DNA of 61,752 bases from Phoronis australis (lineage: Eukaryota > Animalia > Phoronida): the NCBI GenBank assembly GCA_002633005.1, contig NMRA01000984.1, positions 16,867 through 78,618 on the forward strand, given 5' to 3'. The notes under the pieces are model-generated. The model was not told the origin of the DNA, made no database searches, and worked only from the letters and a program-made list of their open reading frames with translations. Both the position numbers and the translations under genes were made by a program. Below, one piece after another: positions 49,102 through 60,205 of the stretch; position 1 is the stretch's first letter; every line of letters begins with the position of its first letter.

Positions 49102-52100
49102 CATGCATGTATGTGACGGTGTGTGTGCGCGTGTGTGTGTGTGGGTGTGTGTGTGTGCGTGCGTGCATGCATGTGTGTGCGAGAAGTCTCTAACAAGGTG
49201 CGTCTATGTCTCATGCTAAACAGGTGCAAATATGGGACCTATATTACACTGTGCACAGCTTAAAGACAGCGGCAGCAAATCAGCCACACACTGCATTAGT
49301 GAAAACTACAGTGTCATTTTCTAATGTGTGCTTTTTAAAGCAAAGTAAATTATATTCAGAAAAAAACATAATACAAGTAAAACTACCAGTACAGTGACAC
49401 TACAAAAAAGTTCAAAAATAAAATGGCTACATTTGACTGTGTAGAGACTTGAAAGGGGCTCCTTGAGAAATATTCCAGCAGGACTAAACAATACTTGAGA
49501 AAATTTGGCAGAAGATGAAATGAGCCATAAGAAAAACGACAATGCCAAAATCTCTACACAGACTATACAAGCCTTCTAGAACACTATTATAGATTATTTA
49601 CTATCTGTCCTCCAGGTGTAGCTGCAAACAGTGGCTTCAATTTGACTGGCTGTAAGAAAATGGACAAGGCAATTCTGTTAACAATTACAGGAGGAAACAG
49701 ACTTCACAATCAATACATTCTATTAACGCTCAAAATTAATTTTAAAAAATGACAACATGCAAAGGCTAGAATACATATGACAAGTTTACTGAAAAATGAT
49801 CTCAATGGCCACCAACTCACCAAAGGCTGATAAGGCAACTGGAACTGTTTGGATGCAACTCGGGATTTTGCTGTGGATTTACGGGACACCTTCCCTTCTT
49901 GTCGGCTTTTGGCCAACTTTTTCTGATGTTCCGACTGCGTGACTATGATAGTGTTGTCGAGTTTGAATACTGGCTCATTTACCACATCTGAAATGGGACA
50001 GAAATTCAAATACTTGGTGACTTTTTGTTATTGCAGCTTTCACTGGGAATTGGTGAATTTAATCAAAATTCAGCAGGCTTCACCGCAGTTACGCCAAAAA
50101 CCAAAAAGCAAGTCGGATGAAAAATTACACTAAATCCAATTCGAAACTAAGCATGAAACTAAACCCCAGTTTTAATGGCAACAGTGGAACGAATAAGAAC
50201 AAGGCAGACGAGCGTAACTAAATTTCTGGGACTTTTTCACGGACTACTTTTGTAGGGTTGGGGAGTTTGATTAAAGATCTAGACCCTGGCCCTGATTACA
50301 AGCCTGCAAGCAGAAGAGCCTAGCCTCCTCCTGGTGTATTAGACAAAACAGCAAGCAGAAGGGCCTAGCCTCCTCCTGGTGTATTAGACAAAACAAAATT
50401 CTCACCAATTTCGGACAAAAATAATTTTTACAATATTTGATCATTTTTCAAATAAAAGTTTCTAAGTAAAGTTAACATAGTGTTAAAAATGCTAACAATT
50501 TCTCAAAACATTGTCTGGAGTTAGCTATGGCAAAGAGCTTTTAAAAAATGATAATAAGAGCATTTATTTGGTGCTGCTTAATGTAAGAAATGAAACAATA
50601 AATTTTATTTGTCCTCCAAAGTGTGTCCTGAATCCATGATTATTATTAAAATACGCCGCAGAATCCTTTCACTGACCTGTCAAAGAAGGTGACCTGAACT
50701 TCTCCTCCACATTATAAAGTGGCACCAACTTATTGGATACTGGCGAGGGTTCAAGGGTCAACTGAGCTGCAGGGGGTATCAAACCTCTCTGCAACAAGCT
50801 TAGAATGCCAAACCTTGCTTCCTCTTCGCTGATAGGTGGAGGAGGCAGAGACGCGTCTTTACGATTTGCTGCTGGCAATGCAGCCAAAGGCTCAATAGTA
50901 GACCCAGTGACTACTTTTCCAGGCAACTGAAAAAGACATCCTCTGATGTAAGTACCTATTAACTCAATTCTTGAAATTTTACATAATTTATTACATAACC
51001 CTGTGTCACATCAAAATTGGAAAATTAGAAGTGTACTGTGATAACATAAAACATAAAGCTGAAATTTGCTTTAATTGGACCCAAACAAGCAAACTTTGAA
51101 AAATACATTACTGTTCCTGTTCATATTCTTCGAGACAGTATTAAAATATCATCTAATAGTCAGTTAATGACAAAACCATTCTCGCAAACACAAAATAAAA
51201 AATGTGGCAATTAAAGCAATAAATATCTTATCTTGTTTCTCTTCATCTGTAAAAGTGTGAAAACGCTGATCTCCCACTTCAAAAGAGGAATAATCTGACT
51301 TGTGTTTAAAAACTAAGAAAAACATTTTTTGTATCTTTCAGAGGAGCTTTACTTGTTAAAGAACGCTTTCCAAACTATTTGAACATTTCAGCAAATATGA
51401 AACAACCATAATTCAAGAATGGAGTTGTAATTTGTATGTCAAGTAAAAAACATAATTTACTTCACACACTAATTCCTAATAGGTGACACGAAATTCACTA
51501 GGTGTCGCTCGTAAGACAACAGTCCCTACGCATGCATGGTAGACATGTGGGACTTCACTCTACAAATGGCCACCATGTTAACGAACAGCTTTGAATTATT
51601 TTCTTAATCCATTTTGAAGTCAAAAAGCGGAACCACCTTGAGTTCCTACATTAGCGTATTAAGTGAATGGCGGACAGCCCACTAGGTTCTGTCATGACAA
51701 TTTTCCAGAGCGTCCTCACCTGATGAGACTGTCGTGTGTGTATCAGAGGGAGCTGAATGCCATAATTATCATTAACCACTTGACGCGTCTGAGCATTCTG
51801 CGGGTTGGCCGTCACGTTAGTCTGGTAGTCTAAAGTGTGCTACAATGGAACAAGTCATGTTAGACTAAAGTGTGCTACAATGGAACAAGTCATGTTAGTC
51901 TAAAGTGTGCTACAATGGAACAAGTCATGTTAGTCTAAAGTGTGCTACAATGGAACAAGTCATGTTAGACTAAAGTGTGCTACAATGGAACAAGCCATGT
52001 TAGTCCAAAGTGTGCTACAATGGAACAAGCCATGTTAGTTGAAGTTCAACGTGATGTCGTGTAAACAGCATGACTAACACATAACCATACTGCGTCATTA

Positions 52101-55100
52101 AATTTAAGCACAAGTCGTTCAAACTCACAAGAAAAAATTGTTTAGGAAACGTTTCAGTATAAATAAGAAATTTCGGTAACTTTTTAAAATACATATCTTA
52201 ATTTGTTATTCAAAACGTACACGAAATAAATGCATAATACGACTAGAAAGGTTTCAGTGAGTACTGACTTCCAGTGAGACAATTTTCAGGAACCCTACAA
52301 AACCACAAAACCTGAAACAATATCTAAAAGATTTAATAGCAAATGNGGACCCAAACAAGTAATCTTTGAAAAATACATTAACTGTTCCTGTTCACATTTT
52401 TCTAGTATTAAATATCATCTAATAGTCAGTTAATGACAAAACCATTCTCGCAAACACAAAATAAAAAATGTGGCAATAAAAGCAATAAATATCTTATCTT
52501 GTTTCTCTTCATCTGTAAAAGTGTGAAAACGCTGATCTCCCACTTCAATAGAGGACTAATCTGACTTGTGTTTAAAAACTAAGGAAAACATTTTTGGTAT
52601 CTTTCAGAGGAGCTTTTACTTGTTAAAGAACACCATCCAAACTATTTGAACAGTTCAGCAAATATGAAACAACCATAATTCAAGAATGGAGTTGTAATTT
52701 GTATGTCAATTAAAAAACATAATTTACTTCACACACTAATTCCTAATAGGTGACACGAAATTCACTAGGTGTCGCTAGTAACACAACAGTCCCTATGCAT
52801 GCATGGTAGACATGTGCGACTTCACTCCACAAATGGCCACCATGTTAACGAACGGCTTTGAATTATTTTCTTAATCCATTTTGAAGTCAAAAAGCGGAAC
52901 CACCTTCCTTCATTAGTGTATTAAGTGAATGGCGGATAGCCCACTAGGTTCTGTCATGACAATTTTCCAGAGCGTCCTCACCTGATGAGACTGTCGTGTG
53001 TGTATCAGAGGGAGCTGTATGCCATAATTATCATTAACCACTTGACGCGTCTGAGCATTCTGAGGGTTGGCCGTCACGTTACTCTGGTAGTCTAAAGTGT
53101 GCTACAATGGAACAAGCCATGTTAGTTGAAGTTCAACGTGATGTCGTGCAAACAACATGACCAACACATAACCATACTGCGTCATTAAATTTAAGCACAA
53201 GTCGTTCAAACTCACAAGAAAAAATTGTTTAGGAAACGTTTCAGTATAAATAAGAAATTTCGGTAACTTTTTAAAATACATATCTTAATTTGTTATTCAA
53301 AACGTACACGAAATAAATGCATAATACGACTAGAAAGGTTTCAGTGAGTACTGACTTCCAGTGAGACAATTTTCAGGAACCCTACAAAACCACAAAACCT
53401 GAAACAATATCTAAAAGATTTAATAGCAAATGTTCTAATACCACAACCAAAATACGTTACTCAAAACATGAATTTCGCCTTCATGGTATACTATAAAATT
53501 CCACTGATTTTGGACAAAATTATGCCAATCTTTGTCTGTTTTTTCAATGGCATAGTTGCAAATGCCAATCATACGCCTGATAAAACTTTAAAGAGGTGCA
53601 GCATTTACTTGGGCTTGAGAAAATAAAAAATCAAATTTCACTTGAAGGTCTACCATATATTCCGTCCTAAATCAGTGAGAATTACCTTAGTTTGGCCAAC
53701 TTCAAAATTTAAATTGAATTTCAGTACCTGTTGTCCTGGTGAGTATCCCTTCATTTGCATGACTGGTTTGCCTCCAGAATGAGGACCAGACAACAGATGG
53801 CGCTTACCACTCACATCCCTGGAAAAGACATCACTGTTCATAGATTCGTTTTCATTCAAACGTTGATATTTGCCGACACTTCAAGCCGCACACAACACCA
53901 TGGGTTGTTAAACACCCAAATATCTTTCTTAAGAGGTTTCTACTGCAAGTTATTACAAGATGGTGTACTTTTAATTTCAACTTTAATATACATGGGCAGG
54001 CTACCTATAGTCATGGCTGTGCCATAAAAATTGACAGTCCATTGTTCTACAATTCAAAATAAAACAAGCTCTTGAAGGGTTCACTGTGGGGCAAAATAGT
54101 ATTTTACAAATGCTTCATTGATGCCAACCATCTATCAAATTAAAGACATTAGACAAGAATTTATTTTACGCAACTGACCCCTGACAAAGAAATTAGTTGC
54201 AAGACCAGTTACTTTTATTGGAGTGCTCAGCACAACTCACTATACCTACCTGACGTCTGAGGTTCTGAAGTCCGTCATCTTTCTGGCACCAAAGGATTCA
54301 CCTCCTGGCCTTGCCTTCATATCCCATGTTGTTTCCACAGTGACATACGGTTCATCCTGCTTGGCAGGAAAATCGAGAGATGGTAACGTCTGTACTCGGT
54401 TGTTGATCTGACTCAGAACTGTTTCAGTCTGGCTCTGCAAGTACATGGTATAATTAACAACTTGAAACAGATCAGGGAGTAAAAGAGGACCAATGTCATT
54501 TTTTTGCCAATCACTCAATAATTTTGCAGTGAGTGAAGGCGATATATATATATATAGTTATAGAGTTTCAATCAAAGCGACCCTTCAATGTTGATTGTGA
54601 TGAAGTTGAATAGTAAGTTAAACGTCAATGTCCCAATTATTTTAAACATCATCAAACAGGGTTGAAATCACACAAACCCAATTCTTAGAACACATTTTAT
54701 CTAATATTCAATGTTTTTTATCATTAAATGTCTGTGTTTTGTGATATACTTCAGCAGACCCTTTGACGTGACAACTGCATCTTGTTGTACAGCCTTATAG
54801 CTAATAATATCTGAGCTATTGAGACTGGTGGTGGTTGTTTTGTTGTTATCTGTAGATGTGCATCTCCTTAACAAGAACATTCAGTGCACTTTGTTCATTC
54901 TGCACAGTTCAAAAACTACCTTAAGTAAACAACAAATTTACAGACGTCTGTCATTCATCATGTCAAATTTCCAACAGTTTTCCATGAGGTTTTGCTTTCC
55001 CTATTTTCGATCAGTTTTCATGAACTGGAACTTTTTGTCAGTTTTCAGGCTTTCCAAGCTTTTATTGGTGAGAAGGAAGGGTCTTTCGACATGCGAATTA

Positions 55101-56189
55101 TATTGCTCAATACGTAAAATTAACATTTATTTAACCCTTCATTTACTACCTCAATAGTGTATCACGTCTAACACGTTATTTAGAATTCATATAGCACCTA
55201 CCTTGATGCCTTGCTCAGTGACCGTAATAGCATTTTCAAGTGCAGACAGGTCCAGCTCCCTTGACTGTCCATCATTTAGGAGTTTGTCTTTCAGATGTTG
55301 TAGGTCTTCCTGAACCTGAAATACATGTATGTCAAGCTTTGACTAAATGTACAGAAATATGTAATGGTCACTTACATCGAGTACGTCCTGAAAAAAGGTC
55401 GCGCCTTCATAGAGAATAACTTATACATGATTGTCCTAGCTCTAAAAATGACGAACATTTACATCATATTCAAATTTTTCATCAAAACAAGAAAATTAGT
55501 GGATAAATTTGACAATGAAGTTGGCCCCACACGCATTTCCTAGAGGCTGAAATGTGTCCACAAAACATACATTTCGTTGAGCAAGAAATTTGTCCATGAG
55601 AAAATGCGCCATATACCATAAGCCTAAAGTACTTAATTTATAGTGAAAGGCATGCTTGATATGTGACGGTGCATGCTTATATTCTGCAGTTTGGATGAGT
55701 CTTTTCCTAAATTGGAATTATATTAGGATAGAATGCGTCTGCCTGAAACACGCGGTGTTAGTTCTAGAGGATGAAAAATATTTGGAACTGGAAAAAACAC
55801 ATTTTAACAAACTAAGATAGTTTTCTGTTAGATTTCTGCCAGTTCACAGCCAATGAAATACTTTTCAGGTTGTATAAAAGGTCAGTCACTCTAGAACAAT
55901 GTACAAGTGAGCCAATTGCAATTTTTGTTTGACCATTTCAAGAACGAGCTTAAATGTACACTAAAACATGCGGACGGCAATAACACGCAATTACTCACTG
56001 CCATTGCCCGATTATCCTTTGTTTGGATTGAAACTTTTAATCAGGCTAAACATCGACCCCTAGCTATATCTTAGCAGGTAGGGGTCGATGTTTAGCGTAA
56101 TGTCAACTCATCACATGCAATTAGTAGTTAGTTTATCAAAACACAGGAACCTGGTTTTGGCAGATTCAAAGGTGTTGACCTCCAAAAAC

Positions 56190-56238
<49 letters not shown>

Positions 56239-57835
56239 TAGTTGGCATCAGTTGAAAAAGAAAAATCGTGACACCTGAATTGTAAAAATGGGACAACTGG
56301 GCAGGACACCAGAAAATGGCAAGATAGCATTTTTTGGTCAAATGAAAAATTAGGACAATAGCAAACTTAATAATGACCAATATCTTCTTAGGCCCATGCA
56401 CTCGACTCAGATTTACCGGACAAGCAGATGGTCAGAATATCGTTACGCCACCATGCTGTGGAATGAGTATCCCGATTGACTGGTCGGCCAGTCGGGATAC
56501 AGCCGTGCCGTTATCAGTTTGACAGTGGCAAACAAATGTTTACATAGTCCAGCTCTCTTATTACCTGCTTTCATCTGATAAGGTCACGTAATCCAACAAT
56601 TACGTTGTAAAGAGCGCGCCTGACGCTAACCGACATTTAAAATATTATTCGCAAACGACTTTCAACAAATATGTCATGAAGCATGTGTTTTGTATAAAAT
56701 GCATTCGCCAAAAAATTTCAAATGGAGAAAAATGGTTGACTTTCAGAGAAATTACTCTCAACTTTCACCTGTAGATTCCTTTGCGTGACTTTAAGCTTGA
56801 CCAGCTTCACCACAGTATTGTATACTAACACAAAAGGCTTGCTTGACAAGTTTAATCGAGCATGATTCTAGATTAGGTAGTGATAGTTGAAATTTCTTGA
56901 TTTTTACACTCCAGGAGAATGGTACACGTAATGCATTGTCTTTATGCTTCATAAACGGGTTAATTTTTCCGAATTTTGCCGACGCAGTTCCGACTCCCAT
57001 TTGTTTTGCAGTATATTGAGTGCGTGCTCACATGTGTACACCAATTGTCCAACTCATTGTCTGGCACTAGAGTTTACTTGCAGCAATACAACATCACATA
57101 CTGCATACATAAAAGTTGTATTATTTTTGTGGTACCTATTATAAAACAATCTTTCGTTAAAAATACAACAATTTTGTGAAAAGGATGGGTTTGTGAATAC
57201 AGCAGTAGCTTGTTAGCAGGGTCAGTAATACAAGATCCCTAGCTGCCACCCACTGCCCACTGTGGGAAACTGCAGCCTGGCTGACTATGCCAGTGTGTAA
57301 ACTGTGTCAGTATAGATGCTGTGCGTGAACTTGGAATCCTGCTTAATCTCAAGATCGCGTATGCGTGAACTTGAAATTGAATATATATTCTTTAAGGCGA
57401 AATAGGTGAAATTTTTGTTCGGTAAAAAGAATTTTTGTAATTATTGGCCTCGCAATCAACCATTTTCTCTTTTACAGTAACTTGTGTTGCTTAACCGAAG
57501 GAATACGGTATGTGAATCACTGAATGGAAAAATCGCTTATTGTTTGGTAGTTGAAAAGGTTGGTTAAAATTGACAATTTTTTATTCAAATGTAACTTGAT
57601 TTACTAGTGCAGTGCAAATTTTTATGAACATGAACGGGATTTTTGAGTTCACGCAACGCTCACTTTCGCTTAATCTTGAGATTAAGCAGGATTCCAAGTT
57701 CACGTACAGCATAGACAATGTCTAGTATAGACTGACAAGTGACAGCTGACTGGGCAAGTGGTGAATGAATTTTACCTTTAAAAGAATATCTCCGACATCT
57801 TCTGACCTTGCTGAGAATTCTGTTAAGACTGACAT
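33379..57835 (-). CDS. IQCH: IQ motif-containing protein H, 22 core exons, about 1120 aa
   Basis: Exons in transcript order: 57835-57776, 55315-55202, 54434-54250, 53818-53728, 53101-52982 (duplicate copy at 51839-51720), 50926-50677, 49987-49821, 49649-49602, 48342-48322, 47705-47569, 46532-46346, 45982-45755 (IQ motif [11 protein letters not shown]), 45162-45012, 42398-42220, 41413-41141, 40477-40289, 39428-39033, 38610-38431, 36547-36425, 35007-34946, 33994-33886, 33471-33379. All are GT-AG and phase-consistent (3363 nt). Recalled IQCH motifs include [45 protein letters not shown] and [17 protein letters not shown]. The small exons at 49602 and 48322 are less certain. Confidence 0.92.
34057..34468. 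mobile_element. MITE, family A, second diverged copy
   Basis: Termini CAGGGGCTGGGATCGACTCTTTTTACTCGAAAT and TTTCGAGTAAGACGATTAGATCCCTGACCC. Similar to 2113-2470. Confidence 0.5.
35787..36027. mobile_element. MITE with 5-bp TSD (CCTAT/CCTGT)
   Basis: Termini CAGAGGTGGATCTAC and GTAGATCTGCCACTG, with G/C runs. The flanks match at 4 of 5 positions. Confidence 0.65.
36817..37224 (-). CDS. Candidate extra or alternative IQCH exon (408 nt, 136 codons, phase 0-0)
   Basis: The ORF begins exactly at an acceptor (ccctttgtag|GTG) and has a donor AAT|gtaatt at 36816. It is frame-compatible with both flanking IQCH exons. If the donor is not used, it reads through to a stop at 36769. Confidence 0.5.
38909..38990. 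repeat. 31-bp tandem repeat, about 2.6 copies
   Basis: Unit CAGAGTACCCCCCAGGTCACGTGAAACACAA. Confidence 0.9.
43144..44522. mobile_element. Tc1/mariner superfamily (Tc2/pogo-like, CCGTA termini) non-autonomous element
   Basis: Perfect 25-bp TIR CCGTATTCGCCGTAATAACCGCCCA, TA on both sides, subterminal GGGCGCTTA repeats and a CpG-rich interior. No transposase ORF. Confidence 0.88.
44870..45025. repeat. 62-63-bp tandem repeat, about 2.5 copies, spanning an IQCH donor
   Basis: ACAGTGA[AT]GACTCA[AC]CCTGCAGGT[CT]ACAC at 44872, 44935 and 44997. Confidence 0.9.
48605..48740 (-). mobile_element. tRNA-derived SINE, third copy
   Basis: Minus strand reads GAGCGTCTGCTCGGAGAGCAGAAGGTCGTGGGTTCGAGTCTC...GGCAGAAATCTTTTCGGACTTATGTTCATTAGGTCACCTGATGTGGCG. 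Confidence 0.7.
49043..49180. repeat. Compound (CT)n(GT)n microsatellite
   Basis: Read directly from the sequence. Confidence 0.97.
50306..50395. repeat. 45-bp tandem duplication
   Basis: GCAAGCAGAAG[AG]GCCTAGCCTCCTCCTGGTGTATTAGACAAAACA occurs twice. Confidence 0.95.
51077..53432. repeat. Near-identical tandem duplication of 1.1-1.3 kb containing a 120-nt IQCH exon, joined at an N
   Basis: Copy A is 51077-52345, the N is at 52346, and copy B is 52347-53432. The length difference is mostly 6 versus 1 units of a 35-bp repeat. Confidence 0.95.
51826..52039. repeat. 35-bp minisatellite, 6 copies, spanning an IQCH acceptor
   Basis: Unit TAGTCTAAAGTGTGCTACAATGGAACAAGTCATGT starts at 51826, 51861, 51896, 51931, 51966 and 52001. 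Confidence 0.97.
56045..56096. repeat. Perfect 18-bp-stem hairpin
   Basis: GCTAAACATCGACCCCTA, 16-nt loop, TAGGGGTCGATGTTTAGC. Confidence 0.9.
56192..56236. repeat. (AT)n microsatellite
   Basis: About 22 AT units. Confidence 0.97.
57316..57712. mobile_element. MITE with TIRs of about 40 bp in IQCH intron 1
   Basis: ATGCTGTGCGTGAACTTGGAATCCTGCTTAATCTCAAGAT and its reverse complement differ by one mismatch. TSD length is ambiguous (TAGA possible). An older copy lies at about 22100-22385. Confidence 0.8.
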
Positions 57836-58165
57836 ATTGATGCTAATAAAAGAAGCAACCCATAACCTATAAAACTAATATTATTGGAACAAATTGTAAA
57901 AGAAATCAAGCGTCTTAACTGTGCTCAGGCACTTTGAAGCACCAGGCAACAACAAACAACAGTTTTTGATGACGTCATTAGAACTTGGGCTAAGAAGGTC
58001 AAATACATATATATATTTCTGAGCTATTTCTCATAAAAACATAAACGTGTGTCTTAAAAATGAATAAAATGACACACTTTGATTAAATGGTTATGAAATT
58101 TTTACACAGATTTTTTCAAATTTACGAATTTATTTGCATTGATCGTTGTTGACCTGAAATCCAAT
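57836..58165. promoter_or_regulatory. Bidirectional promoter of IQCH/AAGAB
   Basis: 330 bp lie between the divergent ATGs. It contains an X-box-like GCACCAGGCAAC (57939-57950), a forkhead-like ACAAACA (57952-57958) and a palindromic CRE ATGACGTCAT (57969-57978). Confidence 0.7.
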
Positions 58166-59512
58166 ATGTCTGCGCCCAAGGTTCTTTTTGGTTCTTGCAC
58201 CCAGAATAGCCCCCAAGCACTGGAGCTTGTTAAATGTAGGTACAGGCTAAATATTTGTTTCTTCTGATGATTGAACAAAACTGAAATGGTAAGAAAAAGG
58301 TTGATTCACGTCTGAGTAATAGGTTGTTGTTATAGATTTGTTGTGCTCTCTGTATCGCCACTGCACAGTGAGTGCACTGTCTCAGTGTCTGCCACTGCCA
58401 CTGGCGTTAAAGATCAGTCTTACCTGACTTCGTACGGTTGGTCAGTTTATCTACAGATAGCAGCACAGGTTCACTATACGTCTTGACTTCAGCAGCAAGA
58501 GATTCGTAGTGCTAAACTGTAGCAACGGATGTCTCTGCCACACATCAGGTGGCGCTTTCTGCAAATCAAGCAGCTCTCTGTCGCTCTCTGACAGTTAGCG
58601 TCGTTCTCTAGTCACACAACAAATTTCTGTATTAACACTGCTAATGCTCCTGGTGCATGCAGTAAAAGTAAAGACATGCGCAGTGTTACAAAAAAAAAAA
58701 TTGGCAACGAAGTACTGCTGGAAAAAAGTTTGATTACGGAAGTGTTTGCTTGAGTTGGAAGGAATTAAAGATTTCAATGGCCTCTTAAGGTGTCAAGTGC
58801 CTCAATGCGCAAAACATACTTATAACAATGTAACTTTGATATTTTAATCAATGTGATGCTTAATTTACTAAAAAGCTTCCAGCGTATAAAGGCCCTTTAG
58901 CAACTTTACTGTATCTAAGGCCACCTAGAGACAGTGGTTGCTGTCTATTGTGGCACGGGACTTCCGGGTGTGATGTACAGCCATATAAAGCCTCTCTAAT
59001 AATCGCTTGCCAAGTGGCAATTGCCTCGTGGCTGAATAGTTTGGATGCTCGGCTCTCACACGTGCAACCTTGGTTCAATTCTCTGAGTGCCCGCAAATTT
59101 TCTATATTTACGCCGTACAATGATAGAAGCCATGACCAGATGGTATGTCAGCTCTCAGGGCAGCGTGGTCTCAAGCTCTGTCAACTGCACTGGAAACTCA
59201 AACCAGACGACCTGGTGACGGCGAACTGACCAAATTCTATGATACTTTTAACGGATAACTGCCAAATCATCAAGATCTAACATGTTGAATGCATCCTAGT
59301 TACAGAATTCTTATTTTCTAGCTATTTTATCGCCACACCCTCTACCTGTAGCCAGTGCGGTTGTGGATGATGTGGAAGGTTACAGTTGGCATGTGGATAC
59401 CAAGTACTATACTGCTGATGTTCTGCTGTGTGTGGCGCCTAGTAGAACTATTGGGGATAAACAGTTCGCAGAATCCGTACAGGCAGTTATACTGACATTC
59501 AGTAGTGAGCAG
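58166..59512 (+). CDS. AAGAB: Alpha- and gamma-adaptin-binding protein p34, first two exons (3'-partial)
   Basis: Exon 58166-58235 (MSAPKVLFGSCTQNSPQALELVK, phase-1 donor gtaggt) joins exon 59322-59512 (SILSPHPLPVASAVVDDVEGYSWHVDTKYYTADVLLCVAPSRTIGDKQFAESVQAVILTFSSEQ|gtaaca). This matches the recalled AAGAB signature YPWTIDNKYYSADINLCV...AESVQA. It is absent from the supplied ORF track. The gene continues beyond the window. Confidence 0.9.
58712..58947. mobile_element. Old, diverged solo TIR of the same MULE-like family
   Basis: Colinear with 24359-24593 (shared GAGTTGGAAGGAATTAAA, ATGCGCAAAA, ACTTTGAT, AAAAGCTTCC). It lies in AAGAB intron 1. Confidence 0.8.
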
Positions 59513-60205
59513 GTAACAAATGAATGATGCGTGAATTCAGTTATTTTGCAGAAATATACGATGGTGGTGTAAAGTCCTCATTTGAATAATTAGACGGTTA
59601 TTACGGTAAAGTTTCTTTAATTGAGGACACAACATGGTGGACTAGTGAAACCGTATTTTCTGAAAAAGTTCATGAAAAATAAACAATCACATCTGTCAGA
59701 AGGAAAACTTTAAAACTTTACTTCATTATTTGCCCATTGTACAGCTGTCAACAACACAGAATGAAAATTTGCACTTTTTAATCATGCAATCAGCCATTGA
59801 AAAATGACAAAAAAAGTCTTGTCAATATAATGTTTTTTTCAAATTTGACGAAACTTTACCGTAAAGAGATCAAATCCATCAGTTTTTTGAACTGAAGGTA
59901 ATTTGCAATGTGTCTCATAGCAACTTCACAAATCATACAGGTACTCATCGCACAAATTTTGTGTCTGTGTGTAAAATAGACGTTGCATACTGTGATATCT
60001 GTTCGTCCTTTTGCTTTTAATTTTCACTGCCTGGTTTCATAATACCTGTTTTTGCCTGAAGTTAAATGTATATTGATCACTGTTTCAGTAATATGACTGT
60101 TACCTTGGGACAATCTGTCTAATACATTTGACCTTTTTACGGATAGCGAAAACCGATACCTGCACTTCCCAGAACATAGATTTTGGGATATGAGTCATAA
60201 GGAAG

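Noticed and set aside
48978-49229. His/Thr-repeat ORF (and the IY-repeat ORF at 56111-56401)
   Set aside because: These are translations of microsatellites.
51826-52039. 35-bp repeats of CRISPR repeat length
   Set aside because: There are no spacers, and the unit derives from the host splice acceptor.
1208-57835. Functional sensory/ciliary gene cluster (R9AP, CIB2/3, IQCH)
   Set aside because: The theme is suggestive, but the genes are interleaved with housekeeping TRMT1 and AAGAB and nothing in the sequence shows co-regulation. Ancestral linkage is a sufficient explanation.
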